Both the position numbers and the translations under genes were made by a program. A stretch of 64,000 nt of DNA from Alkalispirochaeta sp. (GTDB lineage Bacteria; Spirochaetota; Spirochaetia; DSM-27196; Alkalispirochaetaceae), in NCBI GenBank assembly GCA_965601925.1, contig OZ271854.1:2400001-2464000 (forward strand), given 5' to 3'. The notes beneath the pieces were generated by a model. That model worked only from the letters and a program-made list of their open reading frames with translations. It made no database searches and was not told the DNA's origin. Each line of letters starts with the position of its first letter. Within the stretch, counting starts at the first letter, position 1. This document shows, in pieces, positions 1 through 9,036 of this stretch.

Positions 1-343
1 GAAGGTAGAGCACGTTGCGGTACTCAGAGAGGGCCTCCAACAACCCGATCTCCTCAGCCATTCGGCTGAGCGTCTCCTCCATCCAAAATAGATTCTCCAT
101 GAATTCCCGAAACGAGCGGTGCCGCCGGAGTGACGCCACGAACCACTCCTCCATGATATCGAACAGGTGCACGACCGAAGCCTTGAAGAGGTCGTCCTTC
201 CCTTTGAAGTAGTGATAGATCGCACCCTTCGTCACTCCCAAGGCCTCGGCGATATCGTTAAGTGATGAGCGCTCAAAGTCGTGTTTGGCAAAAAATTGCA
301 ACGCCTTGAGCTCCAGTTGTTCTTTCGTTTCCCTACTACCCAC
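1..343 (-). CDS. TetR/AcrR family transcriptional regulator (3' end runs off the window start)
   Basis: Not in the ORF track. Manual translation from GTG at 343: MGSRETKEQLELKALQFFAKHDFERSSLNDIAEALGVTKGAIYHYFKGKDDLF, a canonical TetR helix-turn-helix. Confidence 0.93.
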   Translation of the reverse strand, partial: MGSRETKEQLELKALQFFAKHDFERSSLNDIAEALGVTKGAIYHYFKGKDDLFKASVVHLFDIMEEWFVASLRRHRSFREFMENLFWMEETLSRMAEEIGLLEALSEYRNVLYL

Positions 344-346
344 AAA

Positions 347-404
347 AACCTACCTTAGGTATCTTTATAGTACCTACTGTAGGTATGTTCTGGAGAGCTG
401 TCAA
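347..404 (-). promoter_or_regulatory. sigma70-type promoter of tetR overlapped by a palindromic operator
   Basis: Minus-strand TTGACA (399-404), 17 bp spacer, TACAGT (376-381). Palindrome TACCTAC-T-GTAGGTA at 371-385 and a weaker copy AACCTACCTTAGGTA at about 347-361. Confidence 0.8.
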
Positions 405-518
405 GCTTTTTCGCCGAAACCCGGGAAGACGGTGGTACCGAAGGTGACGGCTGTACTGCGTCCACCGGCGGTTCGCGTCGGGTAGCGACGCAGCGCAAAA
501 AAAACACATAGACTATTG

Positions 519-546
519 CTATTGTACTAATGATTTAGTACAATAG
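519..546. promoter_or_regulatory. Inverted-repeat operator, probable binding site of the downstream YtrA-like GntR
   Basis: Perfect 12-bp inverted repeat CTATTGTACTAA-TGAT-TTAGTACAATAG ending 17 bp upstream of the gntR ATG. Confidence 0.8.
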
Positions 547-563
547 ATAACAGAGACAAACAG

Positions 564-968
564 ATGGCACCAGATCGAAGTACCAAGGAGTTGGATTTTG
601 TGCTCGACCAGACCAGCGGGGTTCCGTACTACCGCCAGATCATCAAACAGGTCGAAATGGCGATCGCCGACGGTAGGTTGGCAAAGGGTTCGCAGCTACC
701 GACCGTTCGGAGTCTGGCGGTGAGCCTCCAGATCAATCCCAATACGGTCGGTCGCGCGTACAACGAGATGGAGATCCGCGGCATCGTGAACACACAGCAG
801 GGCACCGGAACGTTTATCAGCGACAAGACGATCGATCTGACCGACGAGGAGCGTAACGAAGTGCTCACCACCTTGATCCGGTCGTTCCTGGCAAGTGCGT
901 CGTCGTACGGATTCTCTATCGCGGAGATTATCGAGCAGTTGGAACTGCTCAAGGAAGAAGCGCCATGA
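564..968 (+). CDS. GntR family regulator, YtrA subfamily
   Basis: Short (134 aa) GntR with PYYRQI...LPTVRSLA...INPNTVGRAY...QGTGTF; heads an ABC operon, as YtrA proteins do. Confidence 0.93.
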   Translation: MAPDRSTKELDFVLDQTSGVPYYRQIIKQVEMAIADGRLAKGSQLPTVRSLAVSLQINPNTVGRAYNEMEIRGIVNTQQGTGTFISDKTIDLTDEERNEVLTTLIRSFLASASSYGFSIAEIIEQLELLKEEAP

Positions 969-2125
969 AGCTACCAAAATTTCGAACCACGAATTCCATC
1001 GAGGTGGACGGTACCTTTACGGTGCCGCCGGTTCGCCGCAGGCGGAACCACTTCCAGTTCAACACGTTTTCGGCGCTCATCGCGTTGATTTTCGCGGCAA
1101 CCAGCATATCGGTTCAGAGCGCCGTGACCGGGAGCCTGGAAGCCGAGATGGTGATGCTGCTGGCGGTCGGCTCGCTTGTAGGCGCCGCGTTGCTGTTCGT
1201 TCTGTCGTACTGGCCGGTGGTGATCGTCGTGATCGCGGCCTTCTGGGCGGCGCCCCAGCTCCTGTTCGAGACCGAGGTCTACATCGCGTCGGCGATCCTC
1301 ACGGTGGGATTCCTCTTTGCGCCGGGCGTCGAAGTGATCGACCAATGGAACAAGATTGTCGTGCTACGCCTCGGCAGGTTTCACCGTGTAAAAGGCCCCG
1401 GACTGATTCTACTCATCCCGCTGGTCGACGAGGTGGCGGGGTACGTCGATACACGCATCCGAGTGACCGACTTCTCGGCTGAGAAGAGCCTGACCCTCGA
1501 CACGGTGCCGGTACATGTCGACGCGTTGGCGTTTTGGATGGTCTGGGATCCGGCCAAGGCGGTTTTAGAGGTTCAGAACTACGAGGACGCCGTGAGCCTT
1601 TCCGCCCAAACCGCGCTGCGATCGAGCATAGGGTGTCACAACTTGACCGCACTCCTGAGCAACCGCGATCGGCTGGGCGAAGAGATCCAGAAGATCGTCG
1701 ATGCCAAGACCAACCCGTGGGGTATCACGATTATCTCGGTCGAGTTCAAGGAGATCCTGGTACCGAAGGAACTGGAGGACGCGCTCAGTCGGCAGGCTCA
1801 GGCCGAACGCGAGCGCGAATCGCGCGTCATCCTCGGCTCGACCGAGGCGGAAGTGGCGGCGTCGTTCCGTGAAGCGGCCCAACAGTACCGCGACGATCCG
1901 ACGGCGCTGCAGCTGCGCGCGATGAACATGATCTACGAAAGCATTCGCAACAAGGGTGGTTTGGTATTGGCCCCCGCTTCGGCGCTTCAGTCGATGAACT
2001 TGGGAGCGGTATTGGGAACCGCCGCGTACACCGGCCACACCGGCGGCGCGGCGCCGCAGCCCGATCACGTACCCGAGGCCGAGAGCACCCAACAACAGAG
2101 CGAGAAACCCGTGTCGGACGGCTAA
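965..2125 (+). CDS. SPFH/band 7 (stomatin/slipin-like) membrane protein
   Basis: VVLRLGRF..VKGPGL, VDTRIRV, AQTALRSSIG, QAQAERERESR, ALQLR stomatin motifs; extra N-terminal hydrophobic helices; ATGA overlap with gntR. Confidence 0.92.
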   Translation: MKLPKFRTTNSIEVDGTFTVPPVRRRRNHFQFNTFSALIALIFAATSISVQSAVTGSLEAEMVMLLAVGSLVGAALLFVLSYWPVVIVVIAAFWAAPQLLFETEVYIASAILTVGFLFAPGVEVIDQWNKIVVLRLGRFHRVKGPGLILLIPLVDEVAGYVDTRIRVTDFSAEKSLTLDTVPVHVDALAFWMVWDPAKAVLEVQNYEDAVSLSAQTALRSSIGCHNLTALLSNRDRLGEEIQKIVDAKTNPWGITIISVEFKEILVPKELEDALSRQAQAERERESRVILGSTEAEVAASFREAAQQYRDDPTALQLRAMNMIYESIRNKGGLVLAPASALQSMNLGAVLGTAAYTGHTGGAAPQPDHVPEAESTQQQSEKPVSDG

Positions 2126-2155
2126 CGGCGGCCGACGCACTACGGAGGATGCACA

Positions 2156-2854
2156 ATGATAACGATTACTGAAGTACACAAGACCTACGTCAGCGGAGAG
2201 ACATCCGTCCACGCGCTACGCGGCATCGATCTTACGATCGATCCGGGCGAGTTTTTGGCGATCGCCGGGCCGTCCGGTTCGGGCAAGAGTACGCTCTTGA
2301 ACATCATCGGTTGCCTGGACGTACCGGATCACGGTTCGGTGCGCATGCGACGAGACGAGGAGATCACCGAGCTGCCGGCCAACGAGCGCGCGAGTTTCCG
2401 ACGCGACCATTTGGGCTTCATTTTCCAGAGCTTCAACTTGGTGCCGGTGCTCAGCGCCGCCGAGAACGTAGCGCTGAGCCTACAGCTCGTGGGGCACGAT
2501 CGCGCCGATGCGGAACGCGAAGCCCGCGACATGCTGGCGCAGGTGGGGCTGCGCGGCATGGAGGACCGGCGACCGTCGCGACTGTCGGGCGGCCAGCAGC
2601 AGCGGGTCGCGATCGCGCGCGCCTTGGTCAAGCGGCCCTTGTTGATACTGGCCGACGAGCCGACGGCCAACCTGGACTCCGAAACCGGCGACGAGATTTT
2701 GGAGCTGATGCACGCGATGAACCGGGAGAACGGCACCACCTTTGTGTTCTCGACGCACGACCCCAAAGTAATGAATAAATCCAGTCGCCTGGTCCGATTG
2801 ACCGACGGCCGGGTCTCCGAGGATCGGCGTGCGCGGGAGGTGGTGCATGGCTAA
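2156..2854 (+). CDS. ABC transporter ATP-binding protein (LolD/MacB-like)
   Basis: Walker A GPSGSGKS, signature LSGGQQQRV, ADEPTANLD; GGAGG RBS. Confidence 0.96.
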   Translation: MITITEVHKTYVSGETSVHALRGIDLTIDPGEFLAIAGPSGSGKSTLLNIIGCLDVPDHGSVRMRRDEEITELPANERASFRRDHLGFIFQSFNLVPVLSAAENVALSLQLVGHDRADAEREARDMLAQVGLRGMEDRRPSRLSGGQQQRVAIARALVKRPLLILADEPTANLDSETGDEILELMHAMNRENGTTFVFSTHDPKVMNKSSRLVRLTDGRVSEDRRAREVVHG

Positions 2855-4136
2855 CACGACGCGAGGAAGCCGCGAGTTCTGGAACGAGTTGGCCGCCGAC
2901 GCCACCTTGGCGTGGCGCAACGTGTTTCGTCACACCAAGCGGACGCTGATCACCGCCGGTGCATTGGCGATCGGGCTCACGTCATATTTGGCGATGGATT
3001 CGTTACTCAAGGGCATGAGCGTCGATAGCGAACGCAACTTGATGTGGTACGAGACCGGGGCGGTTCAGGTGATCGACACCCAGTATCTGGAGGAGCGCAA
3101 CGAGCGCAGCCTCGATCACTTGGTTGAACAGACCGCACAGATCGACGCGGCGTTGCAAGCCGCGGGGTACGCAACCGCGCCGCGCACCGTCTTTGCCGCC
3201 GATTTGGTCGTATTTCGCGATCCGTATCCGGAAGACGGGTCGCTGCCGGTCGTGGCGCACGCGATCGACCCGGAGCGGGACGGTCAGGTCTATCGCTTGG
3301 CCGATCAAATCAGCGCGGGTCGCTACCTCAGGCCGGACGGCGACGAAGCGCTTATCGGCAGTTGGTTGGCAGAAGATATCGGCGCCGAGCCGGGCTTCTA
3401 CCTGACCCTGGTGACCCGTACCGCCGACCGCGTGTTTCAGACGATCGACGTCGAGATCGTCGGCATCGTCGATACGCCCAACCCGATTATCAATCGCGCC
3501 GCGGTGTTCTTACCGCTCGAGGTCGCCGAGTACTACCTCGAGACCGACGGCGCCGTGGCGGAGATCGCGATCGACGGGCCGATTAACGGCAACCTGCGCC
3601 GTCTTAAGGGAGACGTGACCGAGGTGCTGGCGGCGTTTTCCGACATCCGGGTGGTCGACTGGCGCGAGCTGGCGCCCGAATTGGTGGCGGCCCAACAGGG
3701 CGACGTCGTCGGCAGCGTCGTGATTCTGGGATTGGTCTTTATCATCGCGGCGGTTGGCGTCGGCAACACGATGCTGATGGCCACGATGGAACGTACGAGG
3801 GAGCTGGGTACGTTGCGCGCACTGGGGATGGGGCGCCGGAAGATCCTGCGTATGCTGCTGTTGGAGGCCGGCGGAGTCGGTCTGATCGGTGCCTTAGCCG
3901 GACTGGTGTTGGGGGCCGCTGCGGTTTCCGCACTGGTATACATCGGTATTGATTACGGCGACCTGTTACGCGACGCGAACGTCGGCTATCGCATGACCCG
4001 GATCGTGCGCGGCGCGTGGAATCCCAGCGCCTTTGTGGTTTCGGTCGTCGCCGGCGTGGGAATCGCGATGACGACCGCACTGGTGCCGGCTCTACGCACC
4101 ACCAGAGTCGAGGTCGCGGCGGCGTTGCGGGATTAG
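2847..4136 (+). CDS. ABC transporter permease (FtsX/LolE-like)
   Basis: LAWRNVFRHTKRT, ERTRELGTLRALG, four-TM FtsX layout; ATG at 2847 after GGAGG. Confidence 0.92.
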   Translation: MANTTRGSREFWNELAADATLAWRNVFRHTKRTLITAGALAIGLTSYLAMDSLLKGMSVDSERNLMWYETGAVQVIDTQYLEERNERSLDHLVEQTAQIDAALQAAGYATAPRTVFAADLVVFRDPYPEDGSLPVVAHAIDPERDGQVYRLADQISAGRYLRPDGDEALIGSWLAEDIGAEPGFYLTLVTRTADRVFQTIDVEIVGIVDTPNPIINRAAVFLPLEVAEYYLETDGAVAEIAIDGPINGNLRRLKGDVTEVLAAFSDIRVVDWRELAPELVAAQQGDVVGSVVILGLVFIIAAVGVGNTMLMATMERTRELGTLRALGMGRRKILRMLLLEAGGVGLIGALAGLVLGAAAVSALVYIGIDYGDLLRDANVGYRMTRIVRGAWNPSAFVVSVVAGVGIAMTTALVPALRTTRVEVAAALRD

Positions 4137-4148
4137 TAGGAGGGAGCA

Positions 4149-5399
4149 ATGAACTATTTAGCGATCGCATGGCGCAACATCGGACGTAACCGACGCCGGA
4201 GCGTGCTCTCGATGATCGCCGCCGGCATGGCCGCCTTAGCGATCATTATGCTGTTCGGCATGATCGGCGGCATGGCAAGCGACTTGGAGCACAACCTGAT
4301 CGGTTACTACACCGGCGAAGTCCGCATCCGCCACGAAGACTATAGCGCCAATGAGCAACTCTCGCCGATCCATCTGGCGATCGATCGTCCGAGCGAGCGC
4401 GTGGCGAAGCTGCAGAACGCCGGCGTCAACGCGGTGCCGCGATTGACGCTCGTCGGCGGCGTCTTCGACGAATCCAACCAGGAGGCGCTGTTGATAACCG
4501 GGGTCGATTTCGACCTGGAGCGCAACTATTCCCATATCGACGAGCGCGTGGCTGCCGGTGACTACGGCGAGGTTATCGCCGGCGCCGAAGGCGCTCTCGG
4601 AGGCCCCGTGATCACGCCGGCGTTGGTCGGAAACCGCGTGCCGGAGGAGTTGGGTCTTTCGTTGGGCGATACGTTCACCGTCGTCGCCCGTGCGGCGCTG
4701 GGACGCAGCAACGCGATGACCTTTCGCATCGCGGCGGTCGCGGACTTCCCCGTCGGACAGCAAAACGCAATGGCGGTGTGGATTCCGTTAGAGAGGGCCC
4801 AACGCTTGGCGATGTTGCCGAGTCAGACCGGGGAGATCCTGGCGCGCTTTCCCGATGGAACCGAGCCTGCCGTAGCGCTGGAACGCGTGGCGGCGGCGAT
4901 CGACACCGACGGGCTGGAAGTTCTGCACTGGAGCGAGATAGACACGGCGTATCAGTTTGTGGAGATGGCCAACGTCTCGTACGCCGTCATGGCGTTGATC
5001 TTCTTCGTCCTGGCCAGCACGGTGATCGTCAACACCACGATGATGGCGATCCACGAGCGTCGACGCGAGATCGGCACTCTGGCCGCGTTAGGATTCAAGT
5101 CCGGTCAAATCGTGCGGCTATTCTGGCTCGAGGCGTCGCTGTTGGGAGTGTTCGGATCGGTGGTCGGTGTCGCCTTGGGCCTCGTCGCGGTGTGGATAAC
5201 CGGCACGACCGGCCTCGATTTCAGCGGTCAGCTGGAAAACTCCGGCTTCGAGATGTCGAGCGTGCTGTATCCGAGTATCGCAACGGCGACCGTAGCATTG
5301 ATCTTCGGATTCTCGTGCGCGGTCGGCTCGCTAACCTCGCTACTGCCGACTATGCGCATCACCAAGCTGCAGCCGGTCGCCGCGCTACGCGAGGCGTAG
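4149..5399 (+). CDS. ABC transporter permease (FtsX/LolC-like)
   Basis: IAWRNIGRNRRRS, ERRREIGTLAALG, C-terminal PVAALRE. Confidence 0.92.
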   Translation: MNYLAIAWRNIGRNRRRSVLSMIAAGMAALAIIMLFGMIGGMASDLEHNLIGYYTGEVRIRHEDYSANEQLSPIHLAIDRPSERVAKLQNAGVNAVPRLTLVGGVFDESNQEALLITGVDFDLERNYSHIDERVAAGDYGEVIAGAEGALGGPVITPALVGNRVPEELGLSLGDTFTVVARAALGRSNAMTFRIAAVADFPVGQQNAMAVWIPLERAQRLAMLPSQTGEILARFPDGTEPAVALERVAAAIDTDGLEVLHWSEIDTAYQFVEMANVSYAVMALIFFVLASTVIVNTTMMAIHERRREIGTLAALGFKSGQIVRLFWLEASLLGVFGSVVGVALGLVAVWITGTTGLDFSGQLENSGFEMSSVLYPSIATATVALIFGFSCAVGSLTSLLPTMRITKLQPVAALREA

Positions 5400-5414
5400 C
5401 GCAACCTTTGGAGG

Positions 5415-6176
5415 ATGAACATGACGAATAACAAAACTATCGCAACGGTAGTCAGCGTCGCGGTTTTGGCGCTGATCGGCACCGGCGTCTGGGCTCAGGC
5501 GTTGTCGGCGGAGCAGATCGTGCGCCGCTTGGAGGAGAACCGCACCCCGGACGACAGCCGTTCGGAGGTCGTGATGACGATCACCGATCGCTTCGGAACG
5601 CGAACCAGCGAGTTGATCGCCTTTCAGCGCGGCGACGACGATACACTCATCGAGTTTACCAGCGCCGCCGAGCGCGGTCAGAAGGTGCTGCGCACCGAAT
5701 CGGAGATCTACCTGTTCTATCCCGACGCGGCCGAGCTGATTCGGCTGCAAGGTGCGGCGCTGCGCGACTCGATGGCGGGGTCGGACGTCAGTTATGAGGA
5801 TCTCACCGGCGGCCGGTCGTTGCTCGAAGATTACGAGGTCGAGCTGGTGGGCACCGACGCGATCGACGGCACCCCGACGCACGTGGTCGACCTGCGGGCG
5901 CGCCGCCGCAACGTCGCCTACCCACGACAGCGAATGTGGATCGACGCGGAAGTGTTTGTGGCGCTGCGCACCGAGCTGTCGGCGTTGAGCGGACGCTTGC
6001 TGAAGACGATCGAAGTGGAACGAATCGAGATTATCGACGGTCGGGCTTACCCGGTCGATATGGTCATCTCGGACGCGTTGCGCCGCGGCAGCTCGACGCG
6101 CGTCGAAACGACCGAGATCGCGATGAACATCGGCGTCGACCCGGACGTCTTTAGCCTGGACGCGCTGCAGTGGTAG
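5415..6176 (+). CDS. Outer-membrane lipoprotein-sorting protein (LolA-like periplasmic protein)
   Basis: Signal peptide; GSDVSYEDL and SGRLLKT motifs typical of this family; follows the LolCDE-like genes. Confidence 0.85.
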   Translation: MNMTNNKTIATVVSVAVLALIGTGVWAQALSAEQIVRRLEENRTPDDSRSEVVMTITDRFGTRTSELIAFQRGDDDTLIEFTSAAERGQKVLRTESEIYLFYPDAAELIRLQGAALRDSMAGSDVSYEDLTGGRSLLEDYEVELVGTDAIDGTPTHVVDLRARRRNVAYPRQRMWIDAEVFVALRTELSALSGRLLKTIEVERIEIIDGRAYPVDMVISDALRRGSSTRVETTEIAMNIGVDPDVFSLDALQW

Positions 6177-7216
6177 TGCGGTTGGGCGAGATGCCGGCGG
6201 CTCTGATCGTCGCCGGTGCACTGCTGGTCTCCTCGACCGTCGGCGCCCAAATGCGCCAGGCCGTCACGGTCGACGCCGGCGCCACCGGAGTGCTCCCGTT
6301 GGAGTCCGAAGCGACGATCGCATCGTTTGCGGCGGCCGAGCTCGATCTGCGTTCGGCGCCCGACCCGCACGTTCGCGGTCGACTGCAACTGCGCGCCACC
6401 GCGCTCGATCCGGCCGAGGACGCCGACGGCGAGGACGTGTTGCTTGAGTTATTGCGCGCGTCAGCGAGTGTGCGCTTGCCGGTCGGCGGGCGAAACTTGA
6501 CGCTTACCGCCGGGCGTGCGCGGCTGACGTGGGGTGACGGCCAGGTGTTTAACGCCGGCGACACCATCAACGGCGCGCGTGCGGCAACGTTGGACCTCAC
6601 CGACGAGACGCTGCGAGACGAAACGGTGTGGCTGGCCGCCGCACGATTGCCGCTTGGCCGGTTCTCGTTTCTCGAGGCCGTTGCGTTGCCGAGCGTGTCG
6701 TCCGGCGCGTGGTGGGAGCAAACCGCCGGCGGGCGCATCCAGGGACAGATCGCCGGTGTCAAGAGTGAGCTGTCCTACCTGCAGCGCGGCGCCGATGAGG
6801 CGGCCGACGTTGCGCTCAGCCTGCAAGGGAACATCGTTATCGACGTGTACACGGCAACGAGCGCGACCATGATGCATAGCGAGGTTGACTGGGTCTCGAG
6901 CGTGGGGGTCTACCACCTGGGGACCGTCGGCCGGGGCGACTGGAGCATCCGCATCGAGGGCTTGGTCGACTGGCAGGAAGAAGACGTCTTGCTCTACCCC
7001 GAGCTCACCTGGTCGCCCAGCCCGCTGTTCACCGTCTTCGGTCGATCCGAGATCTTGCCGGACGGCAATGAGAGTCGCTCCGGCCTCGGTGTACGCTGGG
7101 ATCCCGCGACCGGTATGACGCTTTCGCTCGTTGTCGAGAACGCAACCGCCGGTGCCGGCGGCGCCCCGGTCGAAGGTCAGTTCGCGGTTACTACCTCGAT
7201 ACGCTACGTGTTTTAA
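6170..7216 (+). CDS. Hypothetical exported protein, probable outer-membrane beta-barrel
   Basis: Signal peptide, amphipathic strand pattern, GRARLTWGDG motif, C-terminal aromatic ...RYVF; last gene of the operon. Confidence 0.7.
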   Translation: MVVRLGEMPAALIVAGALLVSSTVGAQMRQAVTVDAGATGVLPLESEATIASFAAAELDLRSAPDPHVRGRLQLRATALDPAEDADGEDVLLELLRASASVRLPVGGRNLTLTAGRARLTWGDGQVFNAGDTINGARAATLDLTDETLRDETVWLAAARLPLGRFSFLEAVALPSVSSGAWWEQTAGGRIQGQIAGVKSELSYLQRGADEAADVALSLQGNIVIDVYTATSATMMHSEVDWVSSVGVYHLGTVGRGDWSIRIEGLVDWQEEDVLLYPELTWSPSPLFTVFGRSEILPDGNESRSGLGVRWDPATGMTLSLVVENATAGAGGAPVEGQFAVTTSIRYVF

Positions 7217-7425
7217 CGTCCGGCCGCGCGATCCACCGCGGATCGCGCGGCGCATCGACGCCGTCTCCATGGCATCGACGGGTTGATCCGGCCGGTGTTG
7301 TAGATTTCATCGACTCGTTCGGGGAGTTCGGGAGACTTCTCGGGCGATGAGCGTTCAAAATCATGTTTGGCGAAGAACATCAGCGCCTGTAGTTCCAACT
7401 GCTCATTTGTCCCTCCGCTACCCAT
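7213..7425 (-). pseudogene. Truncated tetR homologue (remnant)
   Basis: First 27 aa MGSGGTNEQLELQALMFFAKHDFERSS match the tetR at 1-343; similarity stops before the helix-turn-helix. Confidence 0.8.
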
Positions 7426-7451
7426 AAAACCTATTTCTGGTCTCCTTATAG

Positions 7452-7466
7452 TACCTACGGTAGGTA
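7452..7466. promoter_or_regulatory. TetR-type operator copy
   Basis: TACCTAC-G-GTAGGTA palindrome upstream of the tetR remnant. Confidence 0.75.
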
Positions 7467-7494
7467 TGTTTTTTGAGAACGCTTCAAGTGTTTC

Positions 7495-8193
7495 TCACCA
7501 AACTCCGGGAAAGAGACGGTAGCGTACCTGTCGGCTGTACTCCCGATATCCGTACAGCTCCGATCGGAGGGTCCTGTCCTCCAAGGCGGTGCGCGTTACG
7601 ATCGCCACGACGAAGAGGCCCGTACAGATCAACGCCCACAGAGAACCGAGGAGAACCGGAGTGGCGATATTGGCGAGAACGGCGCTGGAGTAGCCGGGGT
7701 GACGCACCCAGCGATACGGTCCGTCGCTTATCACCTCGTGGCCGCGCTCATCCTGAATTCGTACCGTTCCGGAAAAGAACCTGTTGACGATGACCGCCCG
7801 GTTTGCGACTAAGATTCCGAAGACTAATACGATAAAGGCGGCGACTTTCCACCTCACATCGTAGGGAGCGGTCCAATCCAGACGCACATCCAGCCCGGCC
7901 ACGACGACCGTCGCGACAGGGAGAACGACACCCACGAGGGGCATCAGCACGCGATCCCACCGCTTGACGTTCTCTTTTTTGAAGGAGTGCGCCCGCTCGA
8001 TGATGAGTTCCGGATTTCTACGCATCACATCAGCACGGCCTCCGAAGGTCAGGCCGGCGACGGTGATGAGGTAGACCCATCCACTCCACCACCTCCACGT
8101 CCCGGCGGCGACGAACAACGCGCAGCCCACCACAAGAAACATCAGCAGAAAGCGAACGATGAAGATTCTCCACGTAATTGCATTCCGTTCCAT
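7495..8193 (-). CDS. Isoprenylcysteine carboxylmethyltransferase (ICMT/PEMT) family membrane protein
   Basis: NRFFSGTVRIQDERGHEVISDGPYRWVRHPGY and EDRTLRSELYGYREY...RLFPGVW; ATG at 8193 with GAGG/GGGAG RBS. Confidence 0.9.
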   Translation of the reverse strand: MERNAITWRIFIVRFLLMFLVVGCALFVAAGTWRWWSGWVYLITVAGLTFGGRADVMRRNPELIIERAHSFKKENVKRWDRVLMPLVGVVLPVATVVVAGLDVRLDWTAPYDVRWKVAAFIVLVFGILVANRAVIVNRFFSGTVRIQDERGHEVISDGPYRWVRHPGYSSAVLANIATPVLLGSLWALICTGLFVVAIVTRTALEDRTLRSELYGYREYSRQVRYRLFPGVW

Positions 8194-8284
8194 ACTCCCT
8201 CTCCTCGGGTAAGAGTTTCGCGACACCGGACCTCCTTCCGCATAACTTCCGGCAAGAACGTTGAACGCGCGGCGTGAAGGTAAA

Positions 8285-8318
8285 AACCTACTGTAGGTAT
8301 GTTTTTGAGTCTTGTCAA
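8285..8318 (-). promoter_or_regulatory. sigma70-type promoter plus TetR operator for the ICMT-family gene
   Basis: Minus-strand TTGACA (8313-8318), 17 bp spacer, TACAGT (8290-8295) inside palindrome ACCTACTGTAGGT. Confidence 0.8.
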
Positions 8319-8532
8319 GAATCGGGAGCCGGCGCCTATGAGGCATCGTCGAGACGAGATACAAGCGCGCATCTCGCGGTTCGGCTCGAACCGGGTGCGA
8401 CGGTGTATCGGGATCGATTTTTGCTTTCGCTATTCAAATATCGGTTATACACTATCTATATCCGCGTATCGATTCATCATTTGCGTGCCACTTGACCGGC
8501 GGAGAGACACTTCGTGATGAGAGGGGGCACTC

Positions 8533-9036
8533 ATGACGGCAGGTACTCACCAGGGCAGCGACGAGGTTTCTTCGACGACGGTCGATGCGATTATCGAGCG
8601 GCACGGTATCGGAGAGGGTGCGCTCATTCCCATTCTCCAGGAGCTGCAGGAGCGTTGCGGCTATCTTCCTACACCGCTTTTGCACCATGTCGCCGACCGT
8701 CTCGGTATTCCCTACAGCGTTCTCGCCGGGGTAGTGAGCTTCTACTCATTCTTTTCCACTACTCCACGGGGAAAGCACACCGTGCGCGCGTGCCTCGGAA
8801 CGGCATGTTACGTCCGCGGCGGACGGGAGCTTCTCGACTCCTTGCGTAAACGTCTCGCAATCGAGGTCGGAGAGACGACCTCCGATCGGCAATTTTCGCT
8901 CGAGGTAGGACGCTGTTTCGGCGCGTGCGGGCTGGCACCCGTCGTCGTGATCGGGGAGGACGTACACCAGCGCGTAAAACCGGCGCGCGTCAACGACCTG
9001 CTCGCACGGTATCGGGAGGTCGAAGATGTGTGTTGA
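8533..9036 (+). CDS. hydC: [FeFe] hydrogenase NuoE-like [2Fe-2S] subunit
   Basis: CLGTACYVRG and CFGACGLAP thioredoxin-like 2Fe-2S motifs. Confidence 0.9.
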   Translation: MTAGTHQGSDEVSSTTVDAIIERHGIGEGALIPILQELQERCGYLPTPLLHHVADRLGIPYSVLAGVVSFYSFFSTTPRGKHTVRACLGTACYVRGGRELLDSLRKRLAIEVGETTSDRQFSLEVGRCFGACGLAPVVVIGEDVHQRVKPARVNDLLARYREVEDVC

